From Deltaproteobacteria bacterium (lineage in GTDB: Bacteria; Desulfobacterota; GWC2-55-46; DRQE01), in NCBI GenBank assembly GCA_015492495.1, contig WGEY01000069.1, positions 1-61,563 of the forward strand: a DNA stretch of 61,563 bases, written 5' to 3'. Shown here one piece after another: positions 38,399 to 49,166 of the stretch. Below the pieces are notes generated by a model. That model had not been told where the DNA came from. It searched no databases and worked only from the letters and a program-made list of their open reading frames with translations. Every line of letters starts with the position of its first letter. Within the stretch, counting starts at the first letter, position 1. The position numbers and the translations under genes were made by a program.

Positions 38399-39637
38399 AT
38401 GGCTTTGATAGTACAGAAGTACGGCGGAACATCCGTAGGCAGCGCGGAACGCATAAAGAACGTTGCAAGGCGTGTCGCCGGAACAAAGGACCAGGGCCAC
38501 GACGTGGTGGTCGTTGTCTCGGCCATGGCCGGTGAGACCGACAGGCTCATAGGGCTCGCCAGCGAGGTCTCCGGGCACCCTGCCGGCAGGGAATACGACG
38601 TCGTGCTCTCCACCGGGGAGCAGGTGACCATCGGGCTCCTTGCCTTGGCGCTCCAGGACCTCGGCTACAGGGCAAAGAGTTTCACCGGCCACCAGATACC
38701 GATACTCACGGATTCGGTGCACTCCTCCGCGAGGATAAGGAGCATCGGGGAGAAGAGGATAAGAAAGGAGCTCGCCGAGGGCACGATACTCGTGGTAGCG
38801 GGCTTCCAGGGTGTCGACGAGGAGGGCGACATCACCACCCTCGGAAGGGGCGGATCGGACACCACGGCGGTCGCGCTCGCCGCGGCACTCAAGGCGGACC
38901 TCTGCGAGATATACACGGATGTTGAGGGGATATTCACCACAGACCCGGCGATATGCCCTGATGCGAGAAAGCTCGAGAAGATATCGTACGACGAGATGCT
39001 TGAGATGGCGAGCCTCGGGGCCAAGGTCCTTCAGACAAGGTCCGTGGAGTTCGCAAAAAAATACGATGTCCCCCTCATGGTTAGGTCTTCGTTTACAGAG
39101 GACGATGGGACGATAGTCTGCAAGGAGGATGAGGAGATGGAAAAGGCGATGGTCTCCGGCATAACCTACAACAAGGACGAGGCCAAGATATCGGTCGTAA
39201 GGGTCCCGGACAGGCCCGGTATAGCGGCCAGGCTCTTTCGTCCGCTTACAGAGGCCGGGATAAACATAGACATGATAGTGCAGAACATAAGCCATGACGG
39301 CCACACGGACCTCACCTTCACCGTGTCGAAGGGCGATTACCGCAAGGCCCTAGAGCTCGTGAGGTCAAAGGCCTCGGAGGTGGAGGCCGAAGACGTCATA
39401 GGGGACCCCGATATAGCCAAGATATCGATCGTCGGCGCCGGGATGAGGAGCCACGCCGGGGTGGCCTCCAGGATGTTCGAGACCTTTTCGAGGGAGGGCA
39501 TCAACATACAGATGATATCCACCTCCGAGATAAAGATCTCGTGTGTCGTGGACGTGAAGTACACCGAGCTCGCCGTGAGGGTCCTGCACGAGGCCTTCGG
39601 CCTGGGCAGGGAGGAGGTTACGGAGGAGCCCCTGTAG
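38399..39637 (+). CDS. lysC: Aspartate kinase
   Basis: [21 protein letters not shown] and two ACT domains with STSEIK. Confidence 0.96.
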   Translation: MALIVQKYGGTSVGSAERIKNVARRVAGTKDQGHDVVVVVSAMAGETDRLIGLASEVSGHPAGREYDVVLSTGEQVTIGLLALALQDLGYRAKSFTGHQIPILTDSVHSSARIRSIGEKRIRKELAEGTILVVAGFQGVDEEGDITTLGRGGSDTTAVALAAALKADLCEIYTDVEGIFTTDPAICPDARKLEKISYDEMLEMASLGAKVLQTRSVEFAKKYDVPLMVRSSFTEDDGTIVCKEDEEMEKAMVSGITYNKDEAKISVVRVPDRPGIAARLFRPLTEAGINIDMIVQNISHDGHTDLTFTVSKGDYRKALELVRSKASEVEAEDVIGDPDIAKISIVGAGMRSHAGVASRMFETFSREGINIQMISTSEIKISCVVDVKYTELAVRVLHEAFGLGREEVTEEPL

Positions 39638-39677
39638 CCGTCGCATACACCGCGGCGGACGAAACGAAGTTTACGAT

Positions 39678-41285
39678 ATGGCCGACAGAAGACGACATAC
39701 CGTGGAACTCTACGATACGACCCTCAGGGACGGCACGCAGGCCGAGGACATCTCGTTTTCGGTGGAGGACAAGGTGCGTATCGCAAGGGCGCTGGACCGT
39801 CTGGGGATCCATTACATCGAGGGTGGATGGCCCGGAAGCAACCCCAGGGACATCGAGTTCTTCAAGGCCATGCGCTCGGAGAAGCTCTTTGCGAGCCGCC
39901 TGGTGGCCTTCGGATCCACCCGCAAGGCCCGCACCGCGGTAAAGGATGATCAGAACATAAAGGAGCTCCTCAAGGCACGTACAGCCTGCGTGACCATATT
40001 CGGCAAGAGCTGGAAGCTGCACGTGACAAAGGCTCTGAGGGTCTCGCTCGATGAGAACATCGAGATGATACACGACTCGGTGGGTTACCTCAAGAAGAGG
40101 GTTGAAAAGGTCTTCTACGACGCCGAGCACTTCTTCGACGGCTACAAGGAAGACCCGGACTACGCCCTGAAAACACTAAGGGCCGCAGAGGATGCCGGAG
40201 CTGACTGCATCGTCCTCTGTGACACGAACGGCGGCGCCCTGCCCTTTGATGTGGAGGACATAGTACGGGAGGTGAGGCGGACACTCTCCGCCCCGATAGG
40301 CATACACGCCCACAACGACTCCGCCACGGCCGTTGCGAACTCGCTTGCAGCCGTAAAGGAGGGGGCCGTGCACGTCCAGGGCACCATAAACGGCTTCGGC
40401 GAGAGGTGCGGCAACGCGGATCTTACGAGCATCATCCCGGCCCTGGAGCTCAAGATGGGCATTAGGTGCCTTGGCAGGGCAAGGCTTAAGAGGCTCAGGG
40501 AGACCTCGAGGTTCCTGTACGAGCTGGCCAACCTCACGCACTTCAAGCACCAGCCCTACGTCGGAGAGAGCGCCTTCGCGCACAAGGGCGGGATCCATGT
40601 GAGCGCGGTCCTGAAGAGCCCGGAGACCTACGAACACATAAGGCCCGAGCTTGTCGGCAACCACCAGAGGGTCCTTGTATCCGACCTCTCGGGCAGGTCC
40701 AACATCCTCTACAAGGCCGAGGAGTACGGCCTGGACCTCGAGAGCGACTCGCCGGTTCTCAGAAAGGTCCTTTCCGACCTCAAGAAACTCGAACACCAGG
40801 GGTTTCAGTACGAAGGGGCCGAGGCGTCGTTCGAGCTCCTGATACAGAAGGCCCTGAAAAGGAAGGAGAAGTACTTCAAGCTCCTGGGCTTCCGCGTGAT
40901 AGACGAAAAGACGGTCGAAGGAAGGGAGCCATACACCGAGGCCACCATAAAGCTCGAGGTGAACAACCTCGTCGAACACACCGCGGCCGAGGGGAACGGA
41001 CCGGTGAACGCCCTCGACAAGGCGTTGAGAAAGGCGCTGGAGAGGTTTTATCCGTCACTCAAGAAGGTCCGGCTCTTGGACTTCAAGGTAAGGGTGCTCG
41101 CCGGCGGGGCGGGTACGGCCTCGAAGGTAAGGGTGCTCGTTGAAAGCGGGGACGGGGTCGACAAGTGGGGCACGGTGGGTGTCTCGGAGAATGTAATAGA
41201 GGCGAGCTGGCAGGCGCTCGTCGATAGCCTCGAGTACAAGCTCTTCAAGGACAAGAAGAAGAAGAAGAAAAAAAAGAGGGGCTGA
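39678..41285 (+). CDS. cimA: Citramalate synthase
   Basis: [39 protein letters not shown] and W.TVGVS motifs. Confidence 0.9.
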   Translation: MADRRRHTVELYDTTLRDGTQAEDISFSVEDKVRIARALDRLGIHYIEGGWPGSNPRDIEFFKAMRSEKLFASRLVAFGSTRKARTAVKDDQNIKELLKARTACVTIFGKSWKLHVTKALRVSLDENIEMIHDSVGYLKKRVEKVFYDAEHFFDGYKEDPDYALKTLRAAEDAGADCIVLCDTNGGALPFDVEDIVREVRRTLSAPIGIHAHNDSATAVANSLAAVKEGAVHVQGTINGFGERCGNADLTSIIPALELKMGIRCLGRARLKRLRETSRFLYELANLTHFKHQPYVGESAFAHKGGIHVSAVLKSPETYEHIRPELVGNHQRVLVSDLSGRSNILYKAEEYGLDLESDSPVLRKVLSDLKKLEHQGFQYEGAEASFELLIQKALKRKEKYFKLLGFRVIDEKTVEGREPYTEATIKLEVNNLVEHTAAEGNGPVNALDKALRKALERFYPSLKKVRLLDFKVRVLAGGAGTASKVRVLVESGDGVDKWGTVGVSENVIEASWQALVDSLEYKLFKDKKKKKKKKRG

Positions 41286-41355
41286 GGTGTGTCGTTACGC
41301 GGAGGTGGGCCCGGCCGGAGGAGACGGCGGCCCGGGCCTCGACGGTGCGGACGGT

Positions 41356-41769
41356 ATGAAGAAGTGCCGTGGAGCCCCCTGTGGCTACGCAGCGTTCATC
41401 ACCCTTGCCCTCATCATCCTGCTCGTTTTCTGCTCAAGGCAATGGCTCGTTCCGGCGTTCAAGGCCCGTTTGCACGCCCTGTCCACCGGCCGTCGGACCG
41501 CGGCGGTGACGGTTCCCGACGGGTCGAAGCCCTCCGAAAACTTCGTCATCCACGGAACCATAGACATCAACACCGCAAGCGCCGAGGAGCTCGAGGTGCT
41601 CCCTGGAATCGGCGAGAGGCTCGCCCGGAGGATAGTCGCAAAGAGGAGGGAGCTGGGCGGCTTCAGATCGGTCGATGAGCTCAGGACGGTCAAGGGCATA
41701 GGCAAGGCGAAGCTCGATGCGGTCCGTGCCCTTGTAAGTACGGGGGAACCCGGCGGCGGGAATCGATAG
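41356..41769 (+). CDS. ComEA-like helix-hairpin-helix DNA-binding protein
   Basis: N-terminal TM; DINTAS.EEL..LPGIG and VKGIG HhH motifs; start uncertain. Confidence 0.82.
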   Translation: MKKCRGAPCGYAAFITLALIILLVFCSRQWLVPAFKARLHALSTGRRTAAVTVPDGSKPSENFVIHGTIDINTASAEELEVLPGIGERLARRIVAKRRELGGFRSVDELRTVKGIGKAKLDAVRALVSTGEPGGGNR

Positions 41770-41897
41770 AGCCGTCTTCCCTGCTGCGGCGGGTCGCATG
41801 GAGAGGCTCACGGGGTAACGGGCATGTGAACGCCCCTCGCACTGAAGCGTTACAGGACGGCGAGGGCTTCTGCCCGATAACGGAGGTTGCATACAAC

Positions 41898-42632
41898 ATG
41901 GACAGTCAACTCGGAAATACCCTGATATACAGCGCGATAGCCGGACTGGCGACACTGGCCGGCGTGTACATCCTTTTTCTGAGGGAGAGCTGGGCCGAAA
42001 AAAACGCCATCTTCTTTCTGAGCTTCTCCGGAGGGGTTATACTCACCGTCGCATTCACCCACATCCTGCCCGAGGCGCTCAGGACCAACCCTGGCGCCCT
42101 GAGCGTTGTGCTCTTCACGCTCATAGGCTTTTACATACTCGAGCACACGATCGCCATTCACACCTGCCATGAGGACGAGTGCGAGGTCCACTACATGGGC
42201 GTGCCGGCGTTCATAGGGATAAGCCTGCATTCGCTCATCGACGGGGTGGCCATAGGGGTCGGCTTCGAGGCCGATTTTTCGGTCGGGCTCGCCGCAGCCG
42301 CGGCCATCCTCCTGCACAAGCTCCCGGTCGGCATCACGGTGACCGCGCTCCTGCTCCATGCCGGCTTTTCAAGGACCAAGATGCTCGTCATGGGCTGGGT
42401 CGTCGCCCTTGCAACGGCATTCGGCGCGGTGGGGGCTTACCTCTTCATCAAAGGTGTCGACGAGTCCGTACTCGGTATGTTCCTGGCCTTCTCGGCGGGC
42501 TCCTTCATCTACATCGGCGCATCGGACCTCCTTCCAGAAACGCACAAGAACACCGCGCGTTTGAATATACTGCTTGTATTGGCAGGTGTTGTTTTGGTAT
42601 ATATAATAACTTCGGTCACTGGAGGTCATTAG
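41898..42632 (+). CDS. ZIP family metal transporter
   Basis: His-rich loop, LHSLIDG, LHKLP and DLLPE motifs. Confidence 0.9.
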   Translation: MDSQLGNTLIYSAIAGLATLAGVYILFLRESWAEKNAIFFLSFSGGVILTVAFTHILPEALRTNPGALSVVLFTLIGFYILEHTIAIHTCHEDECEVHYMGVPAFIGISLHSLIDGVAIGVGFEADFSVGLAAAAAILLHKLPVGITVTALLLHAGFSRTKMLVMGWVVALATAFGAVGAYLFIKGVDESVLGMFLAFSAGSFIYIGASDLLPETHKNTARLNILLVLAGVVLVYIITSVTGGH

Positions 42633-43937
42633 GTGATAAGCCGGTACACGAGAGAAGAGATGGGTCGCGTCTGGGAGCCTGAGAACAGGTTCCGCAAGTG
42701 GCTCGATGTGGAGCTCGCCGCGTGCGAGGCATGGCACAAGAAGGGGAAGATACCGAAGGCGGCGCTTGCGAGGATACGCAAGAAGGCGGACTTCGACGTA
42801 AAGAGGATCGACGAGATAGAAAGGACAGTGAAGCACGACGTCATCGCCTTCCTGACATCGGTCGCGGAGCACGTGGGCGAGGATGCGCGCTACATCCACA
42901 TGGGGCTCACCTCGTCGGACATACTCGACACCTCGCTGGCCCTGCTGCTCAGGGAAGCCGCCGATATAATCACAGGGGACATCAAGGCCTTCATGGAGGT
43001 CCTTGAAAAGAGGGCCGTCGAGCACAGGGACACCGTCATGATGGGCCGCTCGCACGGAATACACGCGGAGCCCACGACCTTCGGCCTGAAGCTCGCCCTC
43101 TTCTACGCGGAGATGCAGAGAAACCTCGAAAGGATCGAAAGGGCGAGGGAGGTCATCTCGTACGGCAAGCTTTCGGGTGCTGTCGGGACATTCGCCAATA
43201 TCGATCCGTTCGTCGAGAGATACGTGTTGAAGAAGCTCGGTCTCAAGCCCGAGCCGGTGGCCACGCAGGTCGTCCAGCGCGACCGCCACGCGGAGTACTT
43301 CTCGACACTCGCCATCATCGCGGCCTCCATCGAGAAGATCGCCGTAGAGATAAGGCACCTACAGAGGACCGAGGTCCTCGAGGCCGAGGAGCCTTTCACC
43401 AGGGGACAGAAGGGCTCATCCGCGATGCCGCACAAGCGCAACCCCATACTCTCGGAGAACCTGACCGGCCTCGCCAGGCTGGTCCGGGGCTATGCCGTAA
43501 GCGCGATGGAAGACGTGGCGCTCTGGCACGAACGCGACATAAGCCATTCTTCCGTGGAAAGGGTCATTGGACCGGATGCGACCATACTCGTGGACTTCAT
43601 GCTGGCAAGGGTCACCGGGCTGATCAAGGGGCTCGTCGTCTACCCGGACAGGATGAGGGAGAACATGGAGCTATCAAGGGGGCTGGTCTTTTCGCAGCGC
43701 GTTCTTCTGAAGCTCGTTGAAAAGGGCATATCGAGGGAGGACGCCTACAGGATCGTCCAGAGATGCGCGATGAAGGTCTGGAATGAGCGGAAACATGACT
43801 TCAGGACCGTTCTGTCCAGGGACAGGGAGGTCACAAAGCTCCTCGGACCCGGTGAGCTCGATTCGTGTTTCGACCTGAAGCCGTATGTAAAGAACGTTGG
43901 GTACATCTTCAGAAGGGTCTTCAGGCGCAGGGCCTGA
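42633..43937 (+). CDS. purB: Adenylosuccinate lyase
   Basis: HDVIAF, GR.HG.HAEP and GSSAMPHKRNP motifs. Confidence 0.97.
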   Translation: MISRYTREEMGRVWEPENRFRKWLDVELAACEAWHKKGKIPKAALARIRKKADFDVKRIDEIERTVKHDVIAFLTSVAEHVGEDARYIHMGLTSSDILDTSLALLLREAADIITGDIKAFMEVLEKRAVEHRDTVMMGRSHGIHAEPTTFGLKLALFYAEMQRNLERIERAREVISYGKLSGAVGTFANIDPFVERYVLKKLGLKPEPVATQVVQRDRHAEYFSTLAIIAASIEKIAVEIRHLQRTEVLEAEEPFTRGQKGSSAMPHKRNPILSENLTGLARLVRGYAVSAMEDVALWHERDISHSSVERVIGPDATILVDFMLARVTGLIKGLVVYPDRMRENMELSRGLVFSQRVLLKLVEKGISREDAYRIVQRCAMKVWNERKHDFRTVLSRDREVTKLLGPGELDSCFDLKPYVKNVGYIFRRVFRRRA

Positions 43938-44005
43938 AGGGGTTGTTCGGCCACGGGACACATCACGTTTACCGGGCCGACGGTATGGAGAATGGAATGG
44001 AGGAG

Positions 44006-44716
44006 ATGACATTGAAGAAACTCGAAAAACTCTACGAAGGAAAGGCGAAGATCCTTTACGAGACGGATGATCCGGATCTTCTGGTACAGTACTTCAAGGA
44101 CGAGGCCACCGCCTTCAACGCAAAGAAGAAGGGAATAATCCGGAAGAAGGGCGAGATAAACAACGCCGTCTCATCGAGGATATTCAAGTACCTGGAGGAA
44201 AACGGGATAAGGACGCACTTCGTCGAGCAGCTCAATGAAAGGGAGATGCTCGTAAAGAGGCTCGATATCATCCCGGTGGAGGTCATAGTGAGAAACATCG
44301 CCGCAGGCAGCCTTGCCAAGCGTCTGGGCGTAGAAGAGGGAACGGAGCTCAGGGAGACAGTCCTGGAGTTCTGCTACAAGAGCGACGAACTCGGGGACCC
44401 GTTCATAAACGAGTACATAATACGGGCCTTTGGTTTCGCCACGGGCGATGAGATCACCGAGATGAGCGAGGCGGCCCTCAGGATCAACGGACTCCTTACA
44501 AGGTTCTTTGACGAACGGGGCATAATACTCGTCGACTACAAGCTGGAGTTCGGCCGGCACAAGGGAGAGGTGCTTCTCGGCGACGAGATAACACCGGACG
44601 GGTGCCGGCTCTGGGACAAGGAGACGCACGAAAGGCTTGACAAGGACAGGTTCCGCCGTGACCTCGGCAAGGTGGAAGAGGCCTACGAGGAGGTCCTGAG
44701 GAAGGTCTTGGCATAG
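44006..44716 (+). CDS. purC: SAICAR synthetase
   Basis: YEGKAK, VRNIAAGS, D.KLEFG, DEI.PD..RLWD and DKD.FR motifs. Confidence 0.96.
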   Translation: MTLKKLEKLYEGKAKILYETDDPDLLVQYFKDEATAFNAKKKGIIRKKGEINNAVSSRIFKYLEENGIRTHFVEQLNEREMLVKRLDIIPVEVIVRNIAAGSLAKRLGVEEGTELRETVLEFCYKSDELGDPFINEYIIRAFGFATGDEITEMSEAALRINGLLTRFFDERGIILVDYKLEFGRHKGEVLLGDEITPDGCRLWDKETHERLDKDRFRRDLGKVEEAYEEVLRKVLA

Positions 44717-44750
44717 GCCGCATACGGGGTCGGCCGGGGAGGAAAGAGGC

Positions 44751-45302
44751 ATGTATTGTTCGAAGTGTGGTCACAGGAATAACAGCTGGGCGCGTTCGTG
44801 TACCTCCTGCGGGGAGGAGCTGAGCGAACGGATCGTCTTGGAGAGCGGGGAGGTGGTAGAGGTCGTGCAGGGCGAAGATACTTCTCTTGAAAAGGCAAGT
44901 GTCGTAAAGGTGCTCGTGCTCACGCTCATAACCGGCGGCTTGTACGCGGCATTCTGGTTCCTGAGAAGGCTTAACGCACTAAACAGCCTCGCGTCGTCCT
45001 TCAAGTTGAACCAGGGGGTCTTCGGCTTCGTCATAGCAGGATGCCTTGTGAATATCGCCATAGTCTTTTACGTGGCCTTTTCAGAGGGCACGATATCCCC
45101 GGGGCTGGCGAAAAGCCTTCTGGATACATCCGACGTGCTGGGTCTCGTGATCCAGCTCGTGGTGCTCTTCCAGACCTTCAAGGTGCGAAGGATCCTGATG
45201 GACCACTTCAATGAACATCTCAGAAGGGATGTCAAGTTTTCCTGGATCTTGACGTTTCTGTTTTCCATCTTTTACCTTCAGTACAAGATAAACAGGTTAT
45301 AA
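44751..45302 (+). CDS. Zinc-ribbon plus DUF4234-like membrane protein
   Basis: CSKCG...CTSCG; L.LIT.GLY..FW and YLQYKIN with several TMs. Confidence 0.75.
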   Translation: MYCSKCGHRNNSWARSCTSCGEELSERIVLESGEVVEVVQGEDTSLEKASVVKVLVLTLITGGLYAAFWFLRRLNALNSLASSFKLNQGVFGFVIAGCLVNIAIVFYVAFSEGTISPGLAKSLLDTSDVLGLVIQLVVLFQTFKVRRILMDHFNEHLRRDVKFSWILTFLFSIFYLQYKINRL

Positions 45303-45330
45303 ACCTGGAAAGGGTAAGTATCGAGAAACA

Positions 45331-45573
45331 ATGAAGGCCAATGTCTACGTTACCCTAAAAAAGGGGGTCCTCGACCCCCAGGGCAAGGCCGTTATGGGCG
45401 CGCTGAACTCTATCAGCTTCAAGGAGGTCAAGGACCTGAGGATAGGCAAGTTCATGGAGATCGAGCTCGACGCCGACTCAAGGGACGAGGCCGAAAGGCG
45501 GGTTGAGGAGATGTGCAGGAAGCTCCTGGCAAACCCGGTGATAGAAGACTTCAAGGTCGAGATAAAGGGGTAA
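45331..45573 (+). CDS. purS: FGAM synthase subunit PurS
   Basis: LK.GVLDPQG.A, R.GK and LLANPVIE motifs. Confidence 0.95.
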   Translation: MKANVYVTLKKGVLDPQGKAVMGALNSISFKEVKDLRIGKFMEIELDADSRDEAERRVEEMCRKLLANPVIEDFKVEIKG

Positions 45574-45822
45574 AGGGCATGGCGCCGGCGCCCGGTCCCT
45601 TGGTAGCCTGAAGAGGTGCCTCGTCACGCATCCGCACAAAGCCGCAACCGGCGGTTGACGATAGCCCGATGTATGCTGCGAGCGTACAGATCCCTTATAT
45701 CCGGAGGCTTCCCCGTGCGGAGCCTCAAGGACTGAATCGCAACACTATACGGTCCCGGACGGACGGTTGACGGTCCCTCCAGGCCCCCGCCTCCACCGAC
45801 GGACGGCATATACGGATTGTCA

Positions 45823-46515
45823 ATGAAGTTCGCCATATTGGTCTTTCCAGGTTCGAATTGCGACCACGACTGCTATCACGTGGTGAAACATCTCATGGGG
45901 CAGGACGCCGAGTATGTCTGGCACAAGTCCACCTCGCTCGAAGGCTTCGACTGCGTGATACTGCCGGGCGGGTTCTCCTACGGTGACTACCTGAGGACCG
46001 GCTCCATAGCGAGGTTTTCTCCCGTAATGGCCGAGGTTGAGAGGTTCGCGGGCAAGGGCGGGCTCGTCCTGGGGATATGCAACGGCTTTCAGATACTCTG
46101 CGAGGCTGGGATACTTCCAGGCGTGCTCATGCGCAACGAGGGGCTTAAGTTCATATGCAAGGGGGTCACCGTAAGGGTGGAGAACAATGGCACACCCTTT
46201 ACCTCCTCCTATTCCGCCGGCAGGGTGCTTTCCATGCCCATAGCCCATGCCGACGGCAACTACTTCGCCGACGACGACACGTTGAAGGCGCTCGAGGACA
46301 ACGGCCAGATCGTCTTCAGATACTCCACGCCGGACGGAAGGATCACGCCCGGGGCGAACCCGAACGGGTCGCTCGGAAACATCGCCGGCATAGTGAACAG
46401 GCGGGGCAATGTCCTCGGGATGATGCCGCACCCTGAGAGGGCCTGCGAGGAGGAGCTCGGGGGGACAGACGGAAGGGGGATCTTCGAGTCCCTCATAAAG
46501 GCGTTGGGCCGGTAG
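45823..46515 (+). CDS. purQ: FGAM synthase glutaminase subunit PurQ
   Basis: [25 protein letters not shown] and MPHPER motifs. Confidence 0.96.
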   Translation: MKFAILVFPGSNCDHDCYHVVKHLMGQDAEYVWHKSTSLEGFDCVILPGGFSYGDYLRTGSIARFSPVMAEVERFAGKGGLVLGICNGFQILCEAGILPGVLMRNEGLKFICKGVTVRVENNGTPFTSSYSAGRVLSMPIAHADGNYFADDDTLKALEDNGQIVFRYSTPDGRITPGANPNGSLGNIAGIVNRRGNVLGMMPHPERACEEELGGTDGRGIFESLIKALGR

Positions 46516-46621
46516 GGTCTCCGAAGGAAGACGACTTTGTTAAATACATATTCCTTAACATACGAAGGTTCCGTGTCCGGGCGACGTGCGTGCGGGGACG
46601 AGCTTCGACCTGAGGGTTCAG

Positions 46622-47494
46622 ATGGGTGACAAGAGCCGCCTCGAGGAGGCGCTTGAAAGAGGGGACTTCGTCATAACGGCCGAGATATGCCCCCCTAGGG
46701 GAACCGATACGCGGGGCTTCCTCGAAAAGGCCCGGCTTATAAGGGATAGGGTGGTAGCCGCCAACGTCACCGACAACCAGAGGGCGGTGATGAGGCTATC
46801 GAGCCTCGCCTGCTCGGTGTTGCTTTTGAGGGAAGGCATAGAACCGGTCTTCCAGATGACCTGCAGGGACCGCAACCGCCTCGCCATACAGTCCGACATA
46901 ATGGGCGCGTGGACGCTCGGTGTGCGCAACATACTGGCGCTCACGGGCGACCACGTCTCGCACGGCGACCACCGTGAGGCCAAGGCCGTCTTCGACCTGG
47001 ACTCCGTGCAGCTCGTGCACACCATAGATCTTCTGAACCACGGGAAGAACCTCAAGGGAAGGGAGCTCCGCGGCGGCACGGGCTTCTACATCGGGGCCGT
47101 TGTGGCCCCTGAGGCCGAGCCCTTCGGGCCGGAGTGGATCAAGTTCGAAAAGAAGATCGACGCAGGTGCTAGGTTCTTCCAGACGCAGGCCGTCTTCGAC
47201 ATGGACAGGTTCAAGGCCTTTTTTGACGACGCAGAAAGGCTGGGCGCAAAGATACTCGCTGGCATACTGCTTCTCAAGTCGGCTAGGATGGCGCACTTCC
47301 TGAACAACAACGTACCGGGCGTCAACGTGCCGCAGGATCTCATAGAGGAGCTCGAGGGGTCGACCGACGAGCTCGAAAAAGGCATTGAGATAGCATCGCG
47401 GCAGCTGAGGGAGCTCAAGGGCTTCTGCCACGGCGCGCACATAATGGCCATAGGACAGGAGGAGAGCGTGCCCAGGATCGTGGACCTGGCCTGA
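46622..47494 (+). CDS. metF: Methylenetetrahydrofolate reductase
   Basis: T.E+.PP.G, NVTDN, TCRDRN, L.LTGD and GA.FFQTQ motifs. Confidence 0.9.
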   Translation: MGDKSRLEEALERGDFVITAEICPPRGTDTRGFLEKARLIRDRVVAANVTDNQRAVMRLSSLACSVLLLREGIEPVFQMTCRDRNRLAIQSDIMGAWTLGVRNILALTGDHVSHGDHREAKAVFDLDSVQLVHTIDLLNHGKNLKGRELRGGTGFYIGAVVAPEAEPFGPEWIKFEKKIDAGARFFQTQAVFDMDRFKAFFDDAERLGAKILAGILLLKSARMAHFLNNNVPGVNVPQDLIEELEGSTDELEKGIEIASRQLRELKGFCHGAHIMAIGQEESVPRIVDLA

Positions 47495-47532
47495 AGACCA
47501 CACAGCCACCGGCCGCTGGTGAGGGGCGCCGG

Positions 47533-47733
47533 CTACGCCATCGAATCCATCGAGTCCTTGAAGTGCTCGACGAAGTCTTCGGCGTGCAGAGGCCGGATGA
47601 TTATCCACTTCTTCTCCTCGTCGAGCCTGATCTCCACCTCGGCCCCCGGTATAAGCCCGAGCCGCCTCATGTACTCCTCCGGCAGGACCACACCTTCCTT
47701 GCCCTTTTCTATCCTGACGATCTTTCCTTTCAT
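47533..47733 (-). CDS. AbrB/MazE/SpoVT family DNA-binding protein
   Basis: GVVLP.EY.RRLGL.PG.EVEI...IIIRP pattern; 66 aa. Confidence 0.78.
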   Translation of the reverse strand: MKGKIVRIEKGKEGVVLPEEYMRRLGLIPGAEVEIRLDEEKKWIIIRPLHAEDFVEHFKDSMDSMA

Positions 47734-47865
47734 GTCACAGCGCCTCTTTTCGGTTGTCTTTGTCATTAGATATTAGTTTCACACAGCGCCCCAAGTCAAG
47801 CAAATTCCCGCCTTGACAAATTTTTCAAAAGGGTTTTAAATGAAGAGAATGAGCCGAAACGGAGC

Positions 47866-48441
47866 GTGGAATTGAAAGGAATCGAGAACGAGGAGCCGGT
47901 CAAGGAGCCTGCCGAGCGTAAAAAGGCCGTACGACAAAGATACTTTGTCGCAAGGGAACTGCAGCTTTCCATCGCCCTCCTGGTCATCATGGCCCTTCTC
48001 GGCGGCATATTCCTTCAATCCGTAGCCGCAGCACTCACAACCCACTTCAACCTCGAAACGCCGATACTCGGCGTCATACTCGTTGTAGGATACGTCCTCA
48101 TCGTAGCCTTCCTCGCGGTCTTCTTCTCCCACAGGCTTGTCGGCCCGTTCAAGCGGCTCGAGTTCGAGATGCGCCACATCAAGGACGGAGAGCTCGCCCG
48201 GAGGCTCACCGTGCGAACACGTGACGACCTCCATGTGCGGAACTTCGTGGAACACGTAAACGACATGATATCAAAGTTCGAGGAGATGAGCGAGGCCTAC
48301 AACAAGCTCAACAGCACCATATCCAAGGGGCTCGCCAGGGTGGTGGAGGAGCTGTCGAACGAGGACTTCGACTGCGACAAGATAAAGAAGGAGCTCAAGT
48401 CCCTCCAGAAGGAGATCCACAGGTACAGGGAGAGGTGGTAG
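47866..48441 (+). CDS. Two-TM HAMP-domain protein without output domain
   Basis: Two TMs, SHRLVGP..RL...GEL....VR..D and a coiled-coil tail. Confidence 0.75.
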   Translation: MELKGIENEEPVKEPAERKKAVRQRYFVARELQLSIALLVIMALLGGIFLQSVAAALTTHFNLETPILGVILVVGYVLIVAFLAVFFSHRLVGPFKRLEFEMRHIKDGELARRLTVRTRDDLHVRNFVEHVNDMISKFEEMSEAYNKLNSTISKGLARVVEELSNEDFDCDKIKKELKSLQKEIHRYRERW

Positions 48442-48457
48442 CCCTCCGGGCTTCGGC

Positions 48458-48967
48458 ATGCGGTCAAAGACGGCGAACAAGACGCGTCTCGGGCGGACCG
48501 TGGTCTTTACCCTCCTTGCGCTCCTGTCGTTGTTGTGCGGCCCCTCCGGCGCCGCCTCACGGCCCGACGGCCGGGTGCTGTCCCTGCCGGTCAGGTGGGT
48601 GATAGACGGGGATACCATAGTGCTCCGGGGCGGCATAAAGGTGAGGTACGTGGGCATAGACACCCCGGAGGTCGGTGAAGCGTTCTACGAAGAGGCGAAG
48701 GAGCGTAACAGGAGCCTCGTCGGCCGCAAGGTGGTAAGGGTCGTTATATGCGGCGCTCAGCCGAGGGATGTCTACGGAAGGCTCCTTGGATCCGTCTACG
48801 TGGACGGCCTGGATGTCGGTGCCGTGCTCTTGAGGGAAGGGCTTGCAAGGACGCTTATCATCCCACCGTGCGGGCTCGCGCACGCAAAGGAGTACAGGGG
48901 TTATGAGAGGGATGCGCGGAGACTCGGGCTCGGGATATGGGGGACAAAGGGATCCAAGGGGCGTTGA
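48458..48967 (+). CDS. Thermonuclease (SNase) family secreted nuclease
   Basis: Signal peptide; VIDGDT, VRY.GIDTPE, D.YGRLL and GIW motifs. Confidence 0.9.
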   Translation: MRSKTANKTRLGRTVVFTLLALLSLLCGPSGAASRPDGRVLSLPVRWVIDGDTIVLRGGIKVRYVGIDTPEVGEAFYEEAKERNRSLVGRKVVRVVICGAQPRDVYGRLLGSVYVDGLDVGAVLLREGLARTLIIPPCGLAHAKEYRGYERDARRLGLGIWGTKGSKGR

Positions 48968-49008
48968 AGGTCATCCTCAGCAGGGGTGCCGGAGGACCTC
49001 CGGTGGTC

Positions 49009-49037
49009 TTGACAGGGGATACCGGCTGTCTTATAAT
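49009..49037 (+). promoter_or_regulatory. Consensus sigma70 promoter for tRNA-Cys
   Basis: Perfect TTGACA-17 nt-TATAAT ending 11 nt upstream of the tRNA. Confidence 0.85.
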
Positions 49038-49048
49038 GCTTTGACATC

Positions 49049-49124
49049 GGCGGCGTACCCAAGTGGCTAAGGGAGCAGTCTGCAAAACTGCCATTCAGCG
49101 GTTCGAATCCGCTCGCCGCCTCCA
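49049..49124 (+). tRNA. tRNA-Cys(GCA)
   Basis: Acceptor GGCGGCG/CGCCGCC, anticodon arm GCAGT-CTGCAAA-ACTGC, T-loop TTCGAAT, U73 discriminator and encoded CCA. Confidence 0.97.
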
Positions 49125-49166
49125 TTCCGTCCTCGTGCGCCGCAGCTTCACCGAAGCAACGACGCC

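Noticed and set aside
41253-41285. AAG/A-run giving a poly-Lys tail on CimA
   Set aside because: Lies at the extreme C-terminus, so slippage would have little effect; no evidence for phase variation.
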